This document shows positions 10,581-22,273 of a stretch of 64,000 nucleotides of DNA, one piece after another. The position numbers were made by a program, and so were the translations under genes. The notes under the pieces are model-generated. The model made no database searches and was not told the DNA's origin. It saw nothing but the letters and a program-made list of their open reading frames with translations. Positions within the stretch are counted from its first letter, which is position 1. Every line of letters begins with the position of its first letter. The stretch is from Leptogorgia sarmentosa (Eukaryota), in contig OZ210885.1 of the NCBI GenBank assembly GCA_964658305.1, forward strand, positions 26,412,001-26,476,000. Direction: 5' to 3'.

Positions 10581-12693
10581 CACCTTTTCTTACTCATAAA
10601 GAGAAAACGAGCTACCGTTTGTATGAACCAGCAACGAATAAAACGTAGGCATATGCATGTGCACGGATTGAACATCAAATTGCATGCAACGAGTATTCAA
10701 TACAAAAATTTGAATATGCATAATCATTCATTATCTTGCAAATATAGTCAATATCAAAAAATAAGCTTACAATAGCATGCATATGGGACCCATAGAAATC
10801 TAGAGAATAGACATCAGAGTCAAGAATGTAGTCATTATAATGAAAACGTTGTTTATTAACATTGTTAAACGCCAACAAGCGAACAATAAAAGGAATGTTT
10901 AATCATTACAATGGTCTTAATTGCCAACTGTGTGCTTGTGAGAACAATAGAACACATATCAAGTTCATTTAACACAAATAATTTTTCAAGAAAACACTAA
11001 ATAATACTTGGGATATCACGAAGGAAATGTCATATTTCCGTTATCCCTGAATGGCCTCTCCGTTTAAGCAGCGTGGAATGCAGGTTTGCATGAAACGGTA
11101 CCACTGCCCGCTGCAGTTATTGTACCTATATTTCGCTGTAGGGCATCCAAGAGAAGATGGGTGCGAAACTCTCCCAAAGGTAGATGTCGATTTCTTGCCG
11201 CGTCTCTATCACCCATCAATCGTTGAATTTCGGGGCGGGAAATGTCCGCTTTTATTGCTGCTTTAAGGGAGCTTATTGCTTGCTCTACAATGTTGAGGAA
11301 GGGACTGTATGGAGGGAGTTTTCGCAACTCGGTATTGGGAGCAGGGACAGGTGGATTGTTATGTGCTGGTGCGCCGTCATATATGAAGATGACTTCTTCA
11401 TCAGGATCCAGATTGAGGCGTGTCTGTGCAAGAAAATCAGCAAAGCGTTCACGATTCATTCCTCCTAGAAAGGCCGTGTGGAACACTAAGCCAGCATTAG
11501 CGGATACTGCTAAGCAAACGGTCATGTTTCGTCCGCGCTGTCCGCAAACCTGCCGATACGCTCTTTCACCTAATCGTGCTCTCCCATGACTACGGGCGGT
11601 CCAGACGTTGTATCCACATTCATCGATAAACACACAGTTTCGCAGGATGGCATGGTTCATGAACCAGTCTGCATATTCTCTACGTTTTACAATTACATCG
11701 GGTCTATTTCTTTCGTTTGGAAAGGGTCGCACCAGTTTAACTGTGAACAACATCCCATTCAATGTTCGTGCAACTGTGCTTTCATGGATTTCTGGTTTGT
11801 GTGGGAGACGCCTTCGTAACTCTCTATTTATTTGTACAAGCGTTAGGACACAGTTTTCGTTGATAATCTGTTCAAGACAGTCTCGCATTTCTTCGTCTAC
11901 ACGGATGTTGTTTCTGCCGCCCCGAGGCAACTCATGGATTCGCCCTTTCCTGATAAAGCGAGCCACAATACCTCGTGCTGTTGACCTGTTAACTCCCAAT
12001 GTATCTGCAACGAGTGAATAGTCTTCGTCTTCGTTCTCAAAGGCTTGTACAATTCGCTGTCTGTTTTCCTGTGTGATTCTATTACGCCTGAACATGTCGC
12101 ACCTACACCTTGTACCAACTGTGCAGTCTAGAGCCACACACAAACCACGCTTGTATTTATATATTTGTCTGGGACTGAATAATTTTTAATCAAAGTGCGG
12201 AGTCCTTTACGGAGTCCCTTTAGGTTTCTACACTGTGTGTCAAGAATATTACACCACATTTATGCCATATTATGTAGTGTTTTCTTGAAAAATTATTTGT
12301 GTTAAATGAACTTGATATGTGTTCTATTGTTCTCACAAGCACACAGTTGGCAATTAAGACCATTGTAATGATTAAACATTCCTTTTATTGTTCGCTTGTT
12401 GGCGTTTAACAATGTTAATAAACAACGTTTTCATTATAATGACTACATTCTTGACTCTGATGTCTATTCTCTAGATTTCTATGGGTCCCATATGCATGCT
12501 ATTGTAAGCTTATTTTTTGATATTGACTATATTTGCAAGATAATGAATGATTATGCATATTCAAATTTTTGTATTGAATATTCGTTGCATGCAATTTGAT
12601 GTTCAATCCGTGCACATGCATATGCCTACGTTTTATTCGTTGCTGGTTCATACAAACGGTAGCTCGTGTTCTCTTTATGAGTAAGAAAAGGTG
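10581..12693 (-). mobile_element. IS630/Tc1/mariner (ITm) DNA transposon with ~425-bp TIRs and TA target duplication
   Basis: TA|caccttttcttactcataaagag ... ctctttatgagtaagaaaaggtg|TA; near-perfect inverted repeats ~10581-11006 and ~12268-12693; paralogous empty site (atcaataataacc); central transposase. Confidence 0.95.
11064..12095 (-). CDS. IS630-like DDE transposase (HTH plus DD30E catalytic domain); probable frameshift near the C-terminus
   Basis: HTH (VADTLGVNRSTARGIV), RGG linker, CVFIDECG, FIYDGAPAH, LPPYSPFLNIVE; first ATG at 12095. Confidence 0.9.
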   Translation of the reverse strand: MFRRNRITQENRQRIVQAFENEDEDYSLVADTLGVNRSTARGIVARFIRKGRIHELPRGGRNNIRVDEEMRDCLEQIINENCVLTLVQINRELRRRLPHKPEIHESTVARTLNGMLFTVKLVRPFPNERNRPDVIVKRREYADWFMNHAILRNCVFIDECGYNVWTARSHGRARLGERAYRQVCGQRGRNMTVCLAVSANAGLVFHTAFLGGMNRERFADFLAQTRLNLDPDEEVIFIYDGAPAHNNPPVPAPNTELRKLPPYSPFLNIVEQAISSLKAAIKADISRPEIQRLMGDRDAARNRHLPLGEFRTHLLLDALQRNIGTITAAGSGTVSCKPAFHAA

Positions 12694-12985
12694 TAATAAC
12701 CTTAAGATTTTTTTACAATTCCCGGCAACATTGTTTGTAGCGTTTGTCGAGTGGTTTAGGGTGCTGGTTTCAGGCACCAATCATTTCGATGGCGCGGGTT
12801 CGAATCCCATCCCACAACTGCCAAAAAAACAAATTGTGAACCTAATCAGAAAACTCAGATGAAGGTAGTACATAAATACCTTGTTTTATTATACCCAATT
12901 GGAAGAAGTTAATTAGTTGGCTGGATTAGAAAAATAGCAGGTTTCCAAAATTGTTCTTGGTGTTCAGGATCGACATACACATCAA

Positions 12986-13057
12986 AGGTCCTGTCGAGAC
13001 TTGAACTCGGATTCTTGGATTCAGAGTCCAAAGTGCTGACTATTACACCACAGAACC
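12986..13057 (-). tRNA. tRNA-Gln(CTG)
   Basis: Reverse complement ggttctgtggtgtaatagtcagcactttggactCTGaatccaag... Confidence 0.7.
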
Positions 13058-13372
13058 AGTTTTTTACTAACTATTCAAATACATAGATTAACAGAAAACT
13101 GTCTTGGCTGTTGCCAAGAAGCGAACTTCATTTCCCAAGTTTGCCCTTCAGCCGAGCTTTTTTCAAGATTACACCAAGAAGAAAACGTCAGGTTGGCCGG
13201 TCGAAGAGGCCGGACTTAAGAACAACCCCGCTTAAGGTTTCTGGTCCACATTTGTGGCCGTGGGTTCGAATCCCACACATGACAAGAACGTGCTAGATGA
13301 ATTTTTACCTTTTCCTACATTAAACCGTTTCGGAAAGAATACAAATATACAAAAGAAGAGGGAATAAACACA

Positions 13373-13444
13373 GCGTTGATGGTGTAATGGCTAGCATTGT
13401 AGCCTTCCAAGCAATAGATCCGGGTTCGACTCCCGGTTAACGCA
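13373..13444 (+). tRNA. tRNA-Gly(TCC)
   Basis: Copy of the 9678 gene. Confidence 0.75.
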
Positions 13445-14901
13445 GACGAATTTGCTTTTTGTATTTCAGACTTCATTGATAACAATAACAAACCTTAGCT
13501 TTTTTTGCAAATCCTGTGAAACATCGTTTGTAGCGTTTGCAGAGTTGTTTAAGAGGCTGCTTTCAGGCGCAAGTCGTTTCGATGACGTGGGTTGCAACCC
13601 CACTACTGCCAATTAATTTTCTTGGGAAAAATTATTACTGGTAACTACAGGACAATTTCCTAGGTAGGACGACTGTTTCTTCATTGCCAAGGAGAGGAAT
13701 GACAGCGGTAGTGCTGCCGAGTGGTATAAGGCGCTGCTTTCGAGTACCAGACATTTCGATGGGGTGCGTTCGAATCCCGCCACTGCCAAAAAAAATTCGA
13801 ACGTGGAATCTTCTGATCCGTAACAGACAGCTTATCCATTGGGCCATGTGGCCAAAAATTTATTTCGTGCGCCAATGACAAGCCACACCAATCGAATTTC
13901 CATCGAAACCATGTCGTTGCCTTTGTGATGTTTGAACTCACGACCTTAGCGTTATTAGCACCACGCTCTGCCTACTGAGCTAACGGGCCATTGGTGACAC
14001 TTCGTCCATCTCTATTAAAGTCTATTATACTTGTTAAGGATTAAAATTTTTATCGAACTCGCACATCATTCAAAAATGTCTACACGATGGAGGTTATTGA
14101 AGATAAAATGTATAAGAAGTTTAAGGACGATCCTCCAGAATTCCAGTCACACACTTTTTCCTGCACTTCGTCTTAACGATATTTCTGCTCATCCAAACCT
14201 AGATTTAGAGAAATGAGAGAAAACTGCCACCCCACCAGGATTCGAACCTGTTTCTCCTCATCCGAAGTGAGACGCCTTATCCGTTAGGCCATGAGGCCAC
14301 CTGATACCTACGCCCTCTGAAATTCGAGAAATTCTAATTCTTCTAACTATCCAATCACCTCCCGGTTGAAAACTATTTCAGATAAAAAACGACCCCGCTA
14401 GTTTGGCCGAGTTGTCTAAGGCGCTGGTTGTCAGACTTCATTTATATCAATAACAACCCTACATTTCTTTACAATTCCGGTCAACATCGTTTATAGCGTT
14501 TTCCGAGAGGTTTAGGAGGCTGCTTTCAGGCACCAGTCGTTTTGATGGCGTGGGTTCCAACCCCACAGCTGCCATTTAATTTTCTAGGAAAAATTATTAC
14601 TGGTGACTACAGGATATTGGTTGAGGTAGGACGATTGTTTCTCCATTGCCATAGTGAGGAATAACTGCGGGTAGTGTGGTCGAGTGGTCTGAGGCGCTGT
14701 TTTCAGGCACAAGTCGTTTCGTTCGCCTGGGTTGCAACCCCACTACTGCCATATAAATTTCTTGGAAAAGTTATTTCTGGTAACTACAGGACACTGGTTG
14801 ATTTAGGACGACTGTTTCTTCATCGTTTGAAGTGGTGCCTTTCGTTGTACAATAAAGAGGGAAACGTGAAACAATTGGAAATATTGTCGTGATCGTGTTA
14901 A

Positions 14902-14973
14902 GGATCTGTGGTGTAATGGTTAGCACTTTGGTCTTTGAATCCAGCGATCCGAGTTCAAGTCTCGGCAGGGCCT
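14902..14973 (+). tRNA. tRNA-Gln(TTG)
   Basis: ggatctgtggtgtaatggttagcactttggtctTTGaatccagcgatccgagttcaagtctcggcagggcct. Confidence 0.7.
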
Positions 14974-15069
14974 ATTTTAGACATTACATTTGATTTTTTT
15001 ATAATACAGGGAATTGTATTACAAGAAAGAAACACCCAAAAGAATCCATTTTATTCCCAAGCAACCTTG

Positions 15070-15151
15070 GTAGTCGTGGCCGAGCGGTTAAGGCAAGAGA
15101 CTAGAAATCTGTTGGGAGTTTCCCGCGCAGCTTCAAATCCTACCGACTACG
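15070..15151 (+). tRNA. tRNA-Ser(AGA), degenerate
   Basis: gtagtcgtggccgagcggttaaggcaagagactAGAaatctg...; T-arm substitutions. Confidence 0.65.
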
Positions 15152-15461
15152 TTATGCAAAGTCTTCAACATTTTGACCTCGAATGTGAACATGATTTTTT
15201 TGGGGAAAAAACTCGAGGAGAGGAAGTTCTGTTCTCGGTGGTGATAGCTGAGTGTTTAAAGTGACAGATTCAATGTCCAAGTTTTCCAGCCACAAAATCA
15301 ACGGAAAGAAATCGCGTTTTTTATTGAATTAAGGCTATGAAACATGCCAAGAAAAATTTTGTATTTGAATATAAAATAGAAAAAGCAGAAATCCGTGAAT
15401 TGATTATAGCTGCGTTTGAAAGTATATAATTATGTACGTAATTAACATGGTAGACTACACA

Positions 15462-15536
15462 GGGAGTGTAGTAGTTCAGTGGTGGAGCATTCGACTGCAG
15501 ATCGATAGGTTGGCGGTTCAAATCCGCCCGCTCCTT
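15462..15536 (+). tRNA. tRNA-Cys(GCA), degenerate (3-nt duplication near the D arm)
   Basis: gggagtgtagtagttcagtggtggagcattcgactGCAgatcga...ggttcaaatccgcccgctcctt. Confidence 0.65.
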
Positions 15537-15822
15537 CTTATCATACCTACAAACTGGAAATCTTTCAAATTCTTGAAAACAGGCTGATGGGAAACATGCG
15601 ACCCAAAGGGTTGAGATGCATATAGCTGCTACGATTCGTGTTAAATCTATCCACCAATATACTTGAAAACGATTACTAAAATATTTTTTTGGATTTTACT
15701 GGCAGATTGAAAATTTATTCATTTCGTAGTGCAACGAGGGTCAATGCCAATACAGTTTGGTTTGATGTTATTCAGACGTTGTGACGGTAAATGTAACCGA
15801 ATTTTTGCGTGAGGTTTTCTAA

Positions 15823-16085
15823 AGGCCTGATTCCACGGGCGATATTTCTTGGCGAAATGCAAAAATTTTCGCGCGAACTAATTGTACGCATGCGTGATAA
15901 AGGCAAATAAGATTTCTCGAGAAAAAATTTCGCTTCGCCAGTGAGTAGAAGTCAGTTCGAAAAATGGGAGGAAAGAAGTCAGGCGAAAAATGGGGAAGAA
16001 TTCAATAGAATCGTTCATGTGCAACCATCCGCATTTCCCAGACACAATATTTCGCGAAAGATTTCGCCGTCGTGGAATCAGGCCT
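15823..16085. mobile_element. Tourist/Harbinger-like MITE (TIR aggcctgattccacg, TAA target duplication); other copies ~16906-17158, ~34082-34334, ~35169-35428
   Basis: taa|aggcctgattccacg ... cgtggaatcaggcct|taa; empty site near 31948. Confidence 0.85.
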
Positions 16086-16140
16086 TAAGGATTTACGGAA
16101 GTTTTCAAAAAACAGAACGTCCTATTTGGTTAATTAAGTA

Positions 16141-16212
16141 GGGCTTGCACGGGAATCGAACCCGTGACCTCTCGCACCCTAAACGAGAATCTTACCACTA
16201 GACCAGCAAGCC
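16141..16212 (-). tRNA. tRNA-Pro(AGG)
   Basis: Reverse complement ggcttgctggtctagtggtaagattctcgtttAGGgtgcgagaggtcacgggttcgattcccgtgcaagccc. Confidence 0.8.
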
Positions 16213-16586
16213 ATTGATTGTATCAAATTGTATTCTAATGTACTTTGTACTGTCGAAGAAAAATATGGGATTAATGTAATATCTCAACCATTGCAACTCG
16301 AGAGAGGAGATTCTGTTCTCGACCGGAAGAAGTCACGTGATGACACATGCGGTGAATGAGTTTGTATTTAAATGCAAAATTGACAAAACAGAGGTAAATA
16401 AATGAAAAAATTGATACTTTCCGTGAAGGTATATGTAGGTAACTAACCTAGGTCGACTACACAGGGAGTGTGGCCCAGTGGTGGAGCATTCGACTGCAGA
16501 TCAAGGGGTCGGTGTTATCACACCCATAAACTGGAAATCTTCAAAATTCTTGATTTATTCATTTCGAAATACATGGCAATGCCAAC

Positions 16587-16668
16587 GTAGTCGTGGCCGA
16601 GTGGTTAAGGCGACAGACTTGAAATCTGTTGGGAAATTCCCGCGCAGGTTCAAATCCTGCCGACTACG
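16587..16668 (+). tRNA. tRNA-Ser(TGA)
   Basis: gtagtcgtggccgagtggttaaggcgacagactTGAaatctgttgggaaattcccgcgcaggttcaaatcctgccgactacg; all stems pair. Confidence 0.9.
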
Positions 16669-19600
16669 GTCGCACCTCTAGCTTTCAAATATCAGACTGT
16701 CACTCCGTACGGCGCAGTCTTTTTATTCTGTATCCACATCAATATTTCCCCTGATAAATTTAATTAGTCTGGGTTTGCTCATTCAATGATTTCTAAGCAC
16801 CGGATCTTTTCATAAACTTGCCAGCGTATAAAGCATACAAACCAACGTATACATATTAATGATTGTACTATTGACGTTTGTCCTTCTTTTTGAACACGAA
16901 TCCATAGGCCTGATTCCACGGGCGATATTTCTTGGCGAAATGCGAGAATTTTCGCGCGAAATAATTGTACGCATGCGTCATAAAGGCAAATAAGATTTCT
17001 CGAGAAAAAATTTCGCTTCGCCAACGAGTAGAAGTCAGTTCTACTCACTGCGAAAGCGAAAAATGGGGGAGAATTCAATAGAATCGTTCATGTGCAACCA
17101 TCCGCATTTCGCAGACACAATTTCTCGCGAAAGATTTCGCCGTCGTGGAATCAGACCTTAAGAATAACTCGGAAATATTTGATTTGAATTGCTTGCCATA
17201 GACCTATTTTTGCTGCTGTCAAATAATTAACATAGAATTATTAGAATCGCGTAAAATACTGATTTATTCTACTATCAAAACGGTTAATCTCGGGAATTCC
17301 TGAGTAAGGAAAATCTGACCGATGCTCGAGCCACTTTCGTCACGGTCTGGATCCGCGCCTGTGACGTCAATGTTAAGTTGAATAACGCGAAACCTCTTGG
17401 TTGTTGCAACGTAGTCGTGGCCGAGTGGTTAAGCATAGGTAGCCCAACGCACGCATGACGTTGTATTATTAGTATATAAATATTGTAAGGTTGGCAAGTA
17501 AACAATAATATGACTCGCTACCGCTTAAAACAAGGTGAAAAAATCAACCTCTTGCGAACAAACTTCGCTAAAAAATAGCAGCCACTGCTTCTAGGATAGT
17601 ATTACTAAATATGTACATCGTTTTCAGGCAACAAAACGTGTGAAAAAGTCGAAAAAATACGAAAAGTTTCTCTTAATTTGCCGTGTCTCGATGCTGGATG
17701 CCTGTTGCCGTGCAAAAATTGCCGTTTGAAATGACGAATACGCGATCCTATTGGTTATAAATCAACCGACATAACAGCCCACCAACATAAATCCACTAAA
17801 ATTGCGAAGTTTGGTTTCGGAAATAAATATCGTAAATTCTGGAAAATACAGTAATGTCAAATTTGTGAATTTTGTATACTTTTGTATTACGCACGCTAAA
17901 TTATCATAACATGACTGTATTTCCATTTTTACGATATTTTGTAACCAAACTTCACAACTTTACCAAATTTATGATGCTCTTTCCAGCTGCGCTAATGAAT
18001 TTCTCCAATTCAAAAGTTGGTCTAAAAATATATGTTTCGTTAGGCACTCAAACATAACAATCGCATGATTGATTTAAGTACTTTGTTAATATTATTAGTT
18101 CTGTTAGTTAGTGACAATGACAGACCTTGTCAGTTTGACAGTCAGATAATTATATATATATTGCATGATTAAGACCTATAATTTAGTTGAGTTAGGAGCA
18201 GCGGTGAAAAGGCTATCCTGTGAATTTGTTCTGCTAACCTGTAGCTACTGTTTATATTGTTAGAGTGTAGTGACCCGCCAAAGAAGTAAGTAACATTTGA
18301 TTTAGAGAACTTCTATGGTTTGTTATAGGTAATTAATTTAATCTTAATTTACTCATATTAATCATTGTATATAACTTTAATAGATCGAATAGTATCAATA
18401 TCAACACCATATCACCAGTTCGTATAATATACTCAAAACTATACGATTACGGGCCTGACTACACTAACTTACTAAAAGAGCGTACGACTCTGACGGACCA
18501 ATATAAAAGAAATATTACTGTAAATTTCAAAAGCACTCACAATTTCTTTTGACAACAAAATAAGTGATTTAATTTATAAAAAAATTAATTTACAAGCATA
18601 GCCTCAATAGAGTTCATTGATGTTCCTTCATTAGAGAAAATGGCTTATCTTGTGGCATTGTTTATTCGTACAAATCCTTATAATATGCGGCTCAAATCCA
18701 TGTGTCCAGCAGTTAGTTGAACAGTATTTATTCCATCCTGAGGCTGTTGAATCATGTTGTTCATAATCAACCTAAAAATATAATGTAGAAGCAATCTTAA
18801 TTATAGTCATAGTGCATTTTTATGCAAGTTACATGCCACCATTAAACTCCAATTTCGTTTTAAAATTAAGCCAAAGTATTGCCATAAAGCAGTTCATATG
18901 GTTTATGTTTGGTGTTCAAGTCCCTTGACCTTGTACTGTAGTGGAACCTGTTGATTTTTAACAAATAATAATATGGATTTACCTACACTTTGTCCTTCAA
19001 AATCAGCCATTTGTCCTTCAAAGACCATTGTCCTTCAAAATAGTTTGACAGAAACAGTTTCTAAATACAAAAGATATAGCAGTATAAATATGGCTTTATG
19101 ATGGAGCACAGTGTGCTAAATTCACTTAATTTTCACAGCGGAGATTTACTTTACGGTAAAACCCAGCAGAAAATAACCAGTGGGTTGTAAACCACCGTCT
19201 TTCATCCATGAATTTATTTTATCAGAACAGAAATCAACTTACAGCATAATTCACCTTCGATCGATCATTAATGTACATGTCTTCAATCTTGATATTAACA
19301 CTCGTTCCTCAGGGCTCAGTAATCATTTTTGACAGGAAATAACTAATAAGAACCAGTTGAAAACGACCCCAGTCTTGATATGAACCAGTGATCCACCTCA
19401 TCCTGAAGTCAAAATTCGCTACTGAGTTTTTGAATATCTATTTTGTGCATGTAAAAATATCGCTTTATTGTTGCACAAATGCACATAAAATTCGAATAAA
19501 TAAGGATGTATGAACACTTACTTGCCAAAAAATTGTGTAAAGCCAAAACAATTGGATCTATGTCTCCTTTCTTCGTCAAAACTTTATCAAAAATTTCTTT

Positions 19601-20361
19601 CAAAATGTTGTCAAAACGACATTCGCTTTTCAAATTTCAAAACTGAAAAACAGACTCGGATCATTTCTCTAAGGCGGACGTCTGCGAAAGCACTACTATC
19701 TGTAATCGCGCATCCTTATTGGCTTAAAGTTATCCTTTGGTTATCCTGTATGAATAATTAGCATAATTATCATTCGTTTCGAGTTTTTACTGCATCAATA
19801 GATAGATTTAGATCGAGGACGTCGACGGTAACAGGACGGGAGATTGCGTCATATGCCGGGAAAATGTGGCGTTGTCATCGATGGCGACGTCGTCTTAGCA
19901 CTTTTCAGGACGTCAAAATCAATTTTTCACGTCGTGTCTAGGACGTCAGTTTTTTTGATTTTTAAAGACGAAAAAGGTATGTTCACGACAAAAATTCCGT
20001 TAATAATGTTGGCGATGTATTATTTTCCCCTCATATCAACATAATATGCGCGTATGGTGTTTAATATGCGCATAATTAACAGAGCAAGATGTGGCACATT
20101 TGTTTCCGGCTTTATGAAATATGGCTGATTATGTCTCAAAACAAACACAACAAGAAACAATATATTGTGTTGTTTGATGCCGATAGGAATGACATTACTT
20201 ATTTAATTTTTAAACTTGCATTTATTTGTGATATATCGTTCCGGGGCATTCGGGGTTTTTTTTCTTCTGAATATTGAATAGATTTTGTTTTTCTTCTGTA
20301 GTTTGCTTAGTTTTAAAAGTAAATAAAATGTACACTTTTTTTTATTTGTTTAGGGGTAGAG

Positions 20362-20931
20362 ATGTCAGTTTTACTGGAAGAGAACAAGAAATCTCGAAAG
20401 AAAAGGTAAAGAAATCAAACAAATTACAACATTGCTACGGCCTACAGTATTAAATACTTGAATGAATCATATGACTTCACCATTTTTAGCATGATATGGT
20501 CAAAGGCAAAAGATTTAATCCTGCTGAAAGAAATTGCAGCAGAGGGTGTCATGTCAAATAAACCTCGATCCAGGGAGCGCGGCATGCAGTGGCAAAAAGT
20601 TGCAGATAACATCAGTGCATTAGGGCAAGGAGTGACATCACGGGCTGTCAGAGATCACTATAATGTAATGGCAAAGAAATACAAAGCAAGAATGGCACAA
20701 GAAGAAAGGGCAACTGGGGAAGGTGGTGCTGAATTGACGGAGTCTGAAAGTTTATTGGAAGAACTGATCCACATTGAGGGCGAGATGGAAAGGCAAGTTG
20801 AGAATGAAAATGAAGTGAACCAACAGAGGGTTGAAAACGAGCGAGGTCAAGCACTGGAGATGAGAGAACGGGCAATGGAGACACTTGGACAAACTAGGAA
20901 GAGGGCAAGACAGACGGGCAGCAGCAAATGA
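20362..20931 (+). CDS. Myb/SANT-like (trihelix) DNA-binding partner protein of the Harbinger element; intron 20406-20489
   Basis: Spliced reading MSVLLEENKKSRKKS-MIWSKAKDLILLKE...W.KVADNI...SRAVRDHY; GT...AG intron; acidic coiled-coil tail. Confidence 0.75.
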
Positions 20932-21199
20932 TTGCTATCATGCAACAGCAACAACAGCAAACAAATGTGTTGGTAAATTTGTTGGAGAGAAAATTATAAT
21001 CATTATTTGACATTCACTGAAACATTTTTCAATAACTATTTTTAACTTTCCCTTGTACTATTTGTTAAATAGTAAACAATGTTAAACAATGTAAATGTGT
21101 GTAAAATACAATATTAATATATATTAAAATGTAATAATTTATTCATGGTAGCTCATGGCATTTTCAAATTCATAACCAAAACAGGCAGGTAAATGTGCA

Positions 21200-22273
21200 T
21201 TACCAAAAATATTCATGAATTGAAGGAGGTTTTAGATCAAAAAACTGTGATACAATGTTCTCATACAAGCAGGTATGAGCATTCTGCATCAATGCTGCCA
21301 CAGTGTAGATCTTTCCCACAGGACTCAGATGCAGTTTCATTTGCCTTTTGAAATCAACAAAGCTGAAATATTTGGTAATATTTCCAAACATCCACTCGAC
21401 AGTAACTCGAACCCGACTCATCTCCCTGTTAAACTCTACCATTGCTGGTGTAAGATCTCTTTCCCTGAATGGTGCTTGCAAATGAATACCCAGTGGATAA
21501 GCAGGATCACCATATATGCAAAGGGGGTTGTTGTTGTAGAATGCAACTTGCCGTAGGTTTGTTAAGAGGCCAGATTGTTGGAGCATCATACTGTCATGTC
21601 GTTTACCTTCATAGGGACCATCAAGGTTTCCAATTAGGCCATTGGGTAGCACAACACTTTGAAACTTCATTGAGTGGACTCTTTTATGACCATTATACAT
21701 GATTCTTTGGTGATAGTTTGGCCGTGCAATTTGTCGAACAGTACCATCAACGAACCCAAAGCAGTTATTCAGTGGCGCACCCTTATTGTGAATGGCATCA
21801 GCATACGTTTGAAGGATTTCCGGTGACAAAAATGGTTGATTCCAACTTTGAAGGCGATGGTGGTGTTGCTCATACACTAAATCCAACACTTTGTTAAAAA
21901 TCAAACAGAGCTCTGTAGCATTTCTACCAAATCTGCTCACCATATCCGAGTATCTACATGGGTATGCAAACCGCTTCAACAAAATACAAAGTGCCTCGTC
22001 TCCTGCGCATGTTGTCCCTTGCTGACACGTGATTTTATCTGGAATTCCCAACACTGTTTTCAACACAGACAGATCTTCCTTGGCAAACCGTAGTTCAGTT
22101 CTGCATTCTTCATCATCCCAAGTGTCCACATTAAATTCATCAAATTTCCAGTATGGGAACAACGGTTTTGACCAGTTGTAATCAAAAAGTAAAATGAACT
22201 CTGCATCAGAAATATATTGGCCAGCTCGAGCAAGAACGATAGCATCACGAACAGATTGTAAACCATGTGACAT
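21200..22273 (-). CDS. HARBI1-like DDE transposase (DDE_Tnp_4 type), apparently intact
   Basis: GFVDGTVRQIARP, YNGHKRVHSMKFQ, GPYEGKRHDSMML, IYGDPAY, FNREMSRVRVTVEWMFG. Confidence 0.93.
   Translation of the reverse strand: MSHGLQSVRDAIVLARAGQYISDAEFILLFDYNWSKPLFPYWKFDEFNVDTWDDEECRTELRFAKEDLSVLKTVLGIPDKITCQQGTTCAGDEALCILLKRFAYPCRYSDMVSRFGRNATELCLIFNKVLDLVYEQHHHRLQSWNQPFLSPEILQTYADAIHNKGAPLNNCFGFVDGTVRQIARPNYHQRIMYNGHKRVHSMKFQSVVLPNGLIGNLDGPYEGKRHDSMMLQQSGLLTNLRQVAFYNNNPLCIYGDPAYPLGIHLQAPFRERDLTPAMVEFNREMSRVRVTVEWMFGNITKYFSFVDFKRQMKLHLSPVGKIYTVAALMQNAHTCLYENIVSQFFDLKPPSIHEYFW

Noticed and set aside
10569..12780. Mirror-image small ORFs flanking the transposase
   Set aside because: They are translations of the two long TIRs, with no coding evidence
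13707..13788. Leu body with a CGA (Ser) anticodon
   Set aside because: Multiple stem and A-box lesions; ordinary pseudogene decay
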